This document shows, in pieces, positions 56,789 to 64,000 of a stretch of DNA of 64,000 bases; within the stretch, counting starts at the first letter, position 1; the number at the start of each line of letters is the position of its first letter. The notes under the pieces are model-generated. The model was not told the origin of the DNA and made no database searches. It saw only the letters and a program-made list of their open reading frames with translations. Source of the stretch: a virus; IMG/VR virus record IMGVR_UViG_3300021962_000025, positions 64,001 to 128,000 of that record; one strand, 5' to 3'. Made by a program: the position numbers and the translations under genes.

Positions 56789-59700
56789 TGGCGAAAAGAA
56801 AAGTTCCAAGTCAAGCGGCAAGTGGAAGGGAAACCTTTAACGACAACTTGATCGGTAACCAAATTACCGATGGGTCTAGCCAATTTACTGCTACGAACTT
56901 TTCAGTTGAAAAAACCATTCCTCAGAGAGATAGTAAAACTTTTAAATCAGTACCATTTTCTGAGTTTCTTACCTTAGAAGATCTTGGGGAAGAAACTAAG
57001 GCACCGACAACATCATCACCAACCACCAGTAAAAAAGATAATAAAGTAAAGTTTAGGGATTCTAAACAAGATGGTGGAAAATCACTTTATGGATCTCTTA
57101 AAGAGAGATTATCGGTATCCGTACAAAGAATTGTAAGGAAGTTCCCTGCGGGGTTCTATGTTGATGGAGACACCCCTGTGGCATCCACCATCTACACCGC
57201 TGAAAACATTTCATACAATCAAAGAACTAACGTTACAACGTTTGAGTTTGAAAAGTCAAAAATATTCAATCCACTTGAGGTTGTTTTCACTAAACCTAAG
57301 AGTAATACTCAACCAACAGTTGACAACGAGTTTAAAAATTTCTTTTCAAACTATTCAAAATATGCTTTATCGTTAAATAATAAAACTTATAATGTTTTAA
57401 GTTTTACTGACGATACCTCCACAATTACTTTAGAGGTTAGTGGTAGACCATTTACCTCATCAACATACAGTGAAAGTTTTTTAATAAGACCTGTTGATTC
57501 TATTGTCGAGGAATTTTTTACAAATCTAGATGATTTAGAGTCTGTTTTACTTAATAGGGAAACTAGTCCAATTTATACTGCTAGTTTTAAGGTACCACAG
57601 AATTCTTTAGATGGGTCTAGAACTGAATTAACCACTGTTAAACTTAAGTGGCCACTTTTTAAGGATGGGTGGAACATAAAGATAACAGGGTTAGAATACT
57701 CTAATTACCTCACCAGGCTTAAGGACATTGGGGAGGAAATAGATAACTATAAATCTAATTTGGTTGTCAGGTTCCTAACAACCGCATCCCTTAACGAATT
57801 CGATACCGAAGACAAAAGGATGGGTTCGGTTTTACAACTGTACGGTACATCCTTTGATCAGGTAAAAAAATTCATTGATAATGTGGCTTACATGAGAAAT
57901 GTAAGTTATGATGGGATTAAAAACGTACCGGACATTTTATTAAAAAATCTATCTAACACTTTAGGATTAGATTCGGTAAATCTATTTGATGAAAAATCAT
58001 TAGAGGACACACTTTATAATAGAATAGAAAGTCAATATGGTGGTGTAGGTCTCGGTATGAACATGGTTGAGGCCGAAACAGAATTCTATAGAAGATTAGT
58101 AATAAACTTAGTTCATATCTATAAATCTAAAGGAACTAGAAAGGCGTTAGAATTCTTTCTGAGATTTATAGGGGCACCCGAACCTTTAATTAAAATAAAC
58201 GAACATGTTTATAGGTTTGATGATGTTAGAAAGGTGGATGAGGATATTGATTCGGATATCTACGATTTAGTACAAGGAAATAAGACATTTAATGTTGCGG
58301 AACTATCCACAACAGGTTTCACATATTCAAACACAACAACCACAGGATCAACAATTTACTCTGATTCTGAATATCCAATTGTACTTACGGGTGTTACAAA
58401 ATATGGTGACGTAAAACCAATTGTAAGTGAGGATAATGATGTGTTTTTCCAAAAAGGTGCGGGTTGGTATGATATTACATTAGAACACAGATCTTCTTTA
58501 GAAATTGATACGGAAAGGTCTAATCTAACCAGTAACCCAAAAGTAATTAAGACGAAAAATAAGGATTATACATATGGTGAGGAATACTTCACATTGTATA
58601 GACAATTTTATGGTTTAGATTATGGGTATGAATTACACAATACCGTCAATAACGAAAAGGCGGAATTATTGGGTGACACAGATAGTAAAACACTTAACAG
58701 AAAGAATATACAAATCTATCTTTCCTCTGCCCAAGCATTGGAGTATGATGTTTATAGACAATCGAGAAAATTAAGGGTAACCTTTGGAACCAACACGATG
58801 AAACCTCAAACAGGTTTTACGTTTGCGGAATTTTTAGATCAAGTATTAAACGAACAAATAAGGAATTCTCACACTGTTCGTTACCAAAAGTCCTATATCC
58901 AATTAGAAGATATATACACTAGTTACTTGGAGAAGGTTCCAAATCCTTATAGTAACCCAACGGTAAGTGAATTCATTAATAGAATGAGTCCATATTGGGT
59001 ACAAGTAATTGAACAATTTGTGCCTGCAACTACACTATGGACCGGTGGTAACATTATTGAGAATCATAAGTTAGGGAGGTCAAAATATGAATACATTAAA
59101 CCTTGCCAAACAAATGAGTTTGTACAAAATGTCTTCCCCGAATTTGAAACCGCAATTGAGGAGGATTTAGAAACACTGATTTTAGGTGATAAGGATGTCT
59201 TTAGAGGTCTTACCATTCTTAGTGGTGTGACATATACCCTTTTCATTGAGTTAGAGGGCGAGATCTACCAAGGTGACGACTCTATAGTTTTAAGTGGAGA
59301 AACTCAAAACGTAAACTCTTTAGCTTGTGAAAATATTATCCAATCACACACTCATGCGGGTTTATTTGAACCTTTTAATATCACATCCGAATGTACATCA
59401 ATAAACGATGTAGAGTTTAACGGGGTTCCATTTGATAAAACAAAACACCTCCCATTACTTTGTGATTTTAAATGTCATTTAGAACCACAGAGAGAGATAT
59501 TAGATTGTTTATGGATTGAAGAATTAAAAGATATTATCGATAATCAAATCAATACCAAATACTATAAAAGAACACTTTATAGTGGGGGTGAAACCATAAA
59601 TAATCACGCGGGATGGGTGGACTATCAAGTAAGTGGTAACACAACCTTAGAAGGTAATTACTTAGGTGAATTAACAACAAATTCGGAAATCTATGGGTAT

Positions 59701-62700
59701 GAGATAGCACCTATTATCTCCTACGAGATTTTCACAGATACTGATGGTGTTAAAAAGATAAGTGTTACCCCATTTAAGTACGATACACCACTATACATCC
59801 ATACCCCAAACAGTAAAGATGAATATACACTTGTAGAAATTGAGTGTATCGACCCATCAACATTTGATTTTTATTGGGCTGCGGAATACCTAACAGGTAG
59901 TACGGAATGCAATCCTCAGGTTGAGGTTACGGGTACCGGAGAAATGTTCGTTTTACCTGAAGATACAGATCACTGTGTTTTAAGTTCGGACATTTACTTA
60001 GAGATTTCGGGAATTACATTCGGAAATGAGGATACTGTAGATAATGGTGATCCATGTGACGATTGTCCCGCATTCAATACTGAGTGGCCCGTTAACATAT
60101 TTTTAAATTGTGTTGGTGGATATAATGAATCAATCACTGGTTATACTGTTCAACACGTGTCGGGATGTACGTTTGTAATTAAAGACGTAAAAGAGACCGA
60201 TGTTTTTGATGTGATCATCACTGACGGTGCGAACTGTGATCAAAAAATAAGGATAGAGGGTCTACAACAAAAATTAGAATGGGACCCAACAGGAAAAAGT
60301 CATTATTTTAACTATTCTGTCGATACATTCTTACCTAATGACATTTATACTCCAATAGAGAGTCAAAGTGGTATAACTTATTGTGATAACTACTTAGGAT
60401 ACACTCTACACCCAAAAGTACAATATAGACCAACGTTTGATTATGGTTTAAGACAAGGGAGTTATGTTTTAAAAATTGATAACAACTTCACAGAGGACTT
60501 TAATACGTTTACGTGGAGAGATATTAACGAACATCTCGGACATGGCCATATCAGTAGAGTAAAGATTGAAGATATCGTTATTGGTGATAAAGTATTATCC
60601 GCAACATATAAAGATTGTCCTTATAGTTCACAAGACTTCTTTAATTCTCCTATTGAAGGTTACGGATTCTCAATGGAATACCAAGTTCTCTTAGTTGAAA
60701 ATAAAGATTGTTTAGGTTCCATAAAAGTTAATAGAATCAATGATAGGTTTAGTGTATTACCCAATAGTAAACTCAGAGTTTTAACAAACGATTCAGGACG
60801 TTTTGAATTCACAGAAAAATATCCTGAACAACTAACTGTTAGACCTGAGGAGGACGTTACGCCATGTTGTAGTCATGACGTGACTTATCATGAAAATGGT
60901 GACTACATGATCAATGAGTTCGGTTTCCCCGTGGAAGTCCTTTCATTGGATTTGGATTATTGTGATAGGGACATATATTATCATTTAAACGTAAGTACTG
61001 TTGGTAAAATAGATCAGACAGGTTGTGGTAATGTTGTTATTTTCAACGGAGACATCAATGACTCCGTCTTATTAGAACATATTGAACAGAAGTTTAATAC
61101 TTTAGATTTAAAAACACAACAATACTTCCAAGACAATCTAGATTGTGAGGACATACCAAGTATTGATGAATTGGAAAGACCTGTTTATACAATTGATTGT
61201 GAAGAGGTTAATGCGTTTAAGGTTCAAAACTTTATTACGGGTGACATTAAATATGTTACATACAATCCTGATTTCTCAGTTGGTGATTATGTCGAATTAA
61301 GATTATTACCCGATGGACAAAGAAATAGAATCCAATTTATTAATTTGGATTGTTATGTTATTGTGGATCTGGCGAGTTATGGTAACATTACTTTTGAGAT
61401 AAGTAGATACTGTATCGGATCAACCAGACCACCTCAACCAACCCCAACACCATCATCTACTCCTCATCCTACACTACCACCAACCCCAACACCTAGTCCA
61501 TCACCTAGTGTGACTGCTAGCCCAACACCGAGTACAACAGCCAGTCCTACACCAAGTCCTAGTCCATCACCAAGTACAACTGCGGATCCTACACCAACTC
61601 CAAGCACAACTGCGGATCCTACTCCTACACCTAGTAGTTCACCGACACCTTCTGTGACTCCAGATCCAACTGCGAGTCCGTCACCATCCCCTGCACCAAC
61701 AAATACTCCAACCCCAGATCCAACATCTAGTTCAACTCCTGCACCTACAGGTACACCAACACCTACCCCAACGGCGACAATTGATTGTAATTTCGATGCG
61801 GATTTTGACGAGTATTTTGAACCAACACCAACACCTACCTATACTCCTTCACCAACACCGAGTACAACCGCTAGTCCTACTCCGTCTCCTTCACCGTCTC
61901 CTTCACCGTCTCCATCACCAAGCACAACCGCTAGTCCTACACCAAGTCCTAGCCCATCACCAAGTACAACTGCGGATCCTACACCAACACCATCGCCATC
62001 GGTTACCGCTAATTGTGACTTTGGTGTGGATGTAGATATTGCCACCCCAACCCCAACTCCAAGTAATTCACCAACACCTTCTCCATCACCAAGTACAACT
62101 GCTAGTCCTACACCAACACCGAGTAGTACTCCGAACTGCGACTTCGGCGTAGATGTAGATATTGCTACTCCAACACCAACACCTAGTCCATCGGCTACAC
62201 CTAACTGCGACTTTGGTGTGGATGTAGATATTGCCACTCCGACACCAACACCATCTAATAGTCCAACTCCAACACCTAGCCCATCGGTTACCGCTAATTG
62301 TGACTTTGGTGTAGATGTGGATATCGCAACACCTACTCCGAGTCCAAGCCAAACTAATACTCCAACACCAACACCATCACCAAGCCCATCACCTTCGGTA
62401 ACTCCGAATTGTGATTTCGGTGTGGATGTGGATATTGCCACTCCGACACCAACACCAAGCAATTCACCTACACCTTCCGTAACTGCGAGTCCTACTCCAT
62501 CACCATCTCCGAGTAGTTCTCCAACTCCATCACCTTCGGTAACTCCGAATTGTGACTTTGGTGTAGATGTAGATATTGCTACTCCGACACCTAGCCCAAG
62601 TCAAACTAATACTCCAACCCCATCACCATCACCATCACCAAGTACAACCGCTAGTCCTACCCCAACCCCATCACCTTCGGTAACTCCGAATTGTGACTTT

Positions 62701-64000
62701 GGTATTATTGTAGACATCGCAACACCTACTCCTACACCATCTAATAGTCCAACACCAAGTACAACCGCTAGTCCTACTCCTACACCATCTAATAGTCCAA
62801 CACCAAGTACAACCGCCAGTCCTACTCCAACACCTAGTAGTACACCTAACTGTGACTTCGGAATTATAGTGGATATTGCCACTCCAACCCCAAGCGCTAC
62901 TAACACCCCAACCCCATCACCTAGCCCATCACCGTCATCAACTCAGGTACCAACAGAAACGCCTCAACCAACGGCAACATTTACACCCACACCAACCCCA
63001 TCACCTTCGGTAACTCCGAACTGTGACTTCGGAGTAGATGTGGATATTGCTACTCCAACACCTACACCATCTAATAGCCCAACACCGAGTACAACCGCTA
63101 GTCCTACACCAAGTCCTAGCCCATCACCAAGTACAACCGCCAGTCCTACTCCAAGTCCTAGCCCATCACCAAGTCCTTCGGTAACTCCGAATTGTGATTT
63201 CGGTGTGATTGTAGATATCGCTACCCCAACACCTACACCTAGTAGTTCACCAACCCCATCTCCATCACCAAGTACAACCGCTAGTCCTACACCAAGTCCA
63301 AGTCCGAGTCCTACCCCAAGTAGTACACCTAATTGTGATTTCGGTGTGATTGTAGATATCGCAACACCTACCCCAACTCCAAGTAATTCACCTACACCTT
63401 CCGTGACTGCGAGTCCGACCCCATCACCGTCTCCATCACCAAGTCCTTCGGTAACTCCGAATTGTGATTTCGGTGTGATTGTAGATATCGCAACACCTAC
63501 TCCTACACCATCTAATAGTCCTACACCAAGTCCTAGCCCATCTCCATCACCTAGCCCATCTCCATCACCATCGGCTACACCTAATTGTGATTTCGGTGTG
63601 ATTGTAGATATTGCTACTCCAACACCTACACCATCTAATAGTCCTACACCAAGTCCAACCGCTAGTCCTACACCAAGTCCTAGCCCGTCGCCATCACCAA
63701 GTACAACCGCTAGTCCTACTCCAACACCGAGTAGCACCCCAAATTGTGATTTCGGAGTTATAGTGGATATCGCAACACCTACTCCTACACCATCTAATAG
63801 TCCAACACCATCACCTAGCCCATCGCCGTCTCCATCACCGAGCCCAACACCACCACCTACCGCTAGTCCTACACCAAGTCCAACGGCTATTGATTGTCCA
63901 CCTAACTGTGGCACCTCAATATACCAAAACATCTTTGTTAGTACAGGTACAACCGTTGCGGGTCTTGGAATCTATGAATTAGGTGGATGGTGTGCTGAAA
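56788..64000 (+). CDS. 3'-truncated giant (>2400 aa) baseplate wedge/tail protein (P2 gpI/gp7-like motif) with a Cys-rich middle and a mucin-like C-terminal stalk
   Basis: ATG at 56788 overlaps the upstream TAA. No in-frame stop was found in the segments translated by hand, and its absence from the ORF track fits a frame running off the window. [14 protein letters not shown] at 58120-58161. Confidence 0.8.
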   Translation, partial: MAKRKVPSQAASGRETFNDNLIGNQITDGSSQFTATNFSVEKTIPQRDSKTFKSVPFSEFLTLEDLGEETKAPTTSSPTTSKKDNKVKFRDSKQDGGKSLYGSLKERLSVSVQRIVRKFPAGFYVDGDTPVASTIYTAENISYNQRTNVTTFEFEKSKIFNPLEVVFTKPKSNTQPTVDNEFKNFFSNYSKYALSLNNKTYNVLSFTDDTSTITLEVSGRPFTSSTYSESFLIRPVDSIVEEFFTNLDDLESVLLNRETSPIYTASFKVPQNSLDGSRTELTTVKLKWPLFKDGWNIKITGLEYSNYLTRLKDIGEEIDNYKSNLVVRFLTTASLNEFDTEDKRMGSVLQLYGTSFDQVKKFIDNVAYMRNVSYDGIKNVPDILLKNLSNTLGLDSVNLFDEKSLEDTLYNRIESQYGGVGLGMNMVEAETEFYRRLVINLVHIYKSKGTRKALEFFLRFIGAPEPLIKINEHVYRFDDVRKVDEDIDSDIYDLVQGNKTFNVAELSTTGFTYSNTTTTGSTIYSDSEYPIVLTGVTKYGDVKPIVSEDNDVFFQKGAGWYDITLEHRSSLEIDTERSNLTSNPKVIKTKNKDYTYGEEYFTLYRQFYGLDYGYELHNTVNNEKAELLGDTDSKTLNRKNIQIYLSSAQALEYDVYRQSRKLRVTFGTNTMKPQTGFTFAEFLDQVLNEQIRNSHTVRYQKSYIQLEDIYTSYLEKVPNPYSNPTVSEFINRMSPYWVQVIEQFVPATTLWTGGNIIENHKLGRSKYEYIKPCQTNEFVQNVFPEFETAIEEDLETLILGDKDVFRGLTILSGVTYTLFIELEGEIYQGDDSIVLSGETQNVNSLACENIIQSHTHAGLFEPFNITSECTSINDVEFNGVPFDKTKHLPLLCDFKCHLEPQREILDCLWIEELKDIIDNQINTKYYKRTLYSGGETINNHAGWVDYQVSGNTTLEGNYLGELTTNSEIYGYEIAPIISYEIFTDTDGVKKISVTPFKYDTPLYIHTPNSKDEYTLVEIECIDPSTFDFYWAAEYLTGSTECNPQVEVTGTGEMFVLPEDTDHCVLSSDIYLEISGITFGNEDTVDNGDPCDDCPAFNTEWPVNIFLNCVGGYNESITGYTVQHVSGCTFVIKDVKETDVFDVIITDGANCDQKIRIEGLQQKLEWDPTGKSHYFNYSVDTFLPNDIYTPIESQSGITYCDNYLGYTLHPKVQYRPTFDYGLRQGSYVLKIDNNFTEDFNTFTWRDINEHLGHGHISRVKIEDIVIGDKVLSATYKDCPYSSQDFFNSPIEGYGFSMEYQVLLVENKDCLGSIKVNRINDRFSVLPNSKLRVLTNDSGRFEFTEKYPEQLTVRPEEDVTPCCSHDVTYHENGDYMINEFGFPVEVLSLDLDYCDRDIYYHLNVSTVGKIDQTGCGNVVIFNGDINDSVLLEHIEQKFNTLDLKTQQYFQDNLDCEDIPSIDELERPVYTIDCEEVNAFKVQNFITGDIKYVTYNPDFSVGDYVELRLLPDGQRNRIQFINLDCYVIVDLASYGNITFEISRYCIGSTRPPQPTPTPSSTPHPTLPPTPTPSPSPSVTASPTPSTTASPTPSPSPSPSTTADPTPTPSTTADPTPTPSSSPTPSVTPDPTASPSPSPAPTNTPTPDPTSSSTPAPTGTPTPTPTATIDCNFDADFDEYFEPTPTPTYTPSPTPSTTASPTPSPSPSPSPSPSPSTTASPTPSPSPSPSTTADPTPTPSPSVTANCDFGVDVDIATPTPTPSNSPTPSPSPSTTASPTPTPSSTPNCDFGVDVDIATPTPTPSPSATPNCDFGVDVDIATPTPTPSNSPTPTPSPSVTANCDFGVDVDIATPTPSPSQTNTPTPTPSPSPSPSVTPNCDFGVDVDIATPTPTPSNSPTPSVTASPTPSPSPSSSPTPSPSVTPNCDFGVDVDIATPTPSPSQTNTPTPSPSPSPSTTASPTPTPSPSVTPNCDFGIIVDIATPTPTPSNSPTPSTTASPTPTPSNSPTPSTTASPTPTPSSTPNCDFGIIVDIATPTPSATNTPTPSPSPSPSSTQVPTETPQPTATFTPTPTPSPSVTPNCDFGVDVDIATPTPTPSNSPTPSTTASPTPSPSPSPSTTASPTPSPSPSPSPSVTPNCDFGVIVDIATPTPTPSSSPTPSPSPSTTASPTPSPSPSPTPSSTPNCDFGVIVDIATPTPTPSNSPTPSVTASPTPSPSPSPSPSVTPNCDFGVIVDIATPTPTPSNSPTPSPSPSPSPSPSPSPSATPNCDFGVIVDIATPTPTPSNSPTPSPTASPTPSPSPSPSPSTTASPTPTPSSTPNCDFGVIVDIATPTPTPSNSPTPSPSPSPSPSPSPTPPPTASPTPSPTAIDCPPNCGTSIYQNIFVSTGTTVAGLGIYELGGWCAE
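61429..63891 (+). repeat. Pro/Thr/Ser tract with 14 copies of NCDFG[VI][DI]VDIA
   Basis: Motif Asn codons at 62011, 62134, 62203, 62296, 62407, 62548, 62689, 62848, 63019, 63190, 63331, 63460, 63583, 63742. Confidence 0.95.

Noticed and set aside
9832-59246. Numerous 60-140-aa ORFs nested in or antisense to large genes
   Set aside because: They lie entirely within well-supported CDSs and have no recognisable motifs or expression signals.
62011-63775. Repeat-spacer-like DNA array (~33-nt repeats with variable spacers) as a CRISPR array
   Set aside because: The repeats are in-frame codons varying at synonymous sites. The spacers are low-complexity Pro/Thr/Ser code of 36-138 nt, all multiples of 3. 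No cas genes or leader are present.
61839-63932. Minus-strand Gly/Val-rich ORFs (61839-62462, 62601-62906, 62964-63932)
   Set aside because: They are antisense shadows of the PTS tract, whose reverse complement lacks stops.
1-64000. Stop-codon reassignment
   Set aside because: Core genes are full length in the standard code, and TAA, TAG (e.g. 12241, 38757, 55845) and TGA (e.g. 29440) all terminate genes at sensible positions.
1-64000. Diversity-generating retroelement or invertase shufflon acting on the fibre genes
   Set aside because: No reverse transcriptase, adenine-specific TR/VR pair, recombinase or inverted crossover sites were seen in this window; they could lie outside it.

Overview
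A 64-kb segment of a large T4-like (contractile-tailed) dsDNA phage genome, AT-rich and densely coding under the standard genetic code. The host is probably Bacteroidota: two exact TTG-N20-TAnnTTTG sigma-A promoters are present and the A-rich start contexts lack Shine-Dalgarno motifs. Left to right: Pro/Thr-rich (mucin-like) virion or fibre proteins, including a trypsin-like serine protease; family B DNA polymerase; neck genes split by a nuclease-like ORF and an SNF2/HARP-like helicase; tail terminator, a small RHH regulator, sheath, tube, hub/chaperone with a probable +1/-2 frameshift, tape measure, tube initiator, LysM wedge and hub; a ferritin-like mini-operon; a replication cassette (gp32, RecA/UvsX, 5'-3' exonuclease, DnaB, NrdB, NrdA); baseplate wedge genes; and a >2400-aa ORF missing from the ORF track that runs off the right edge. 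The most striking features are: (i) that giant baseplate-type protein carries 14 copies of a single-cysteine motif (NCDFG[VI][DI]VDIA) on a mucin-like Pro/Thr/Ser stalk, and the protease about 54 kb away carries one in-register copy (NCGFDVDVTIA), suggesting a scaffold-plus-cargo display system; (ii) a TATTTAT(A/T/C) motif, whose TATTTATA form is the reverse complement of the T4 late promoter, precedes 14 structural-module genes; (iii) a GC-rich three-way-junction RNA candidate lies between gp32 and recA. All assignments come from motif recognition by eye; no searches were run. No tRNA, CRISPR array, intein, intron, transposase or reverse transcriptase was seen.
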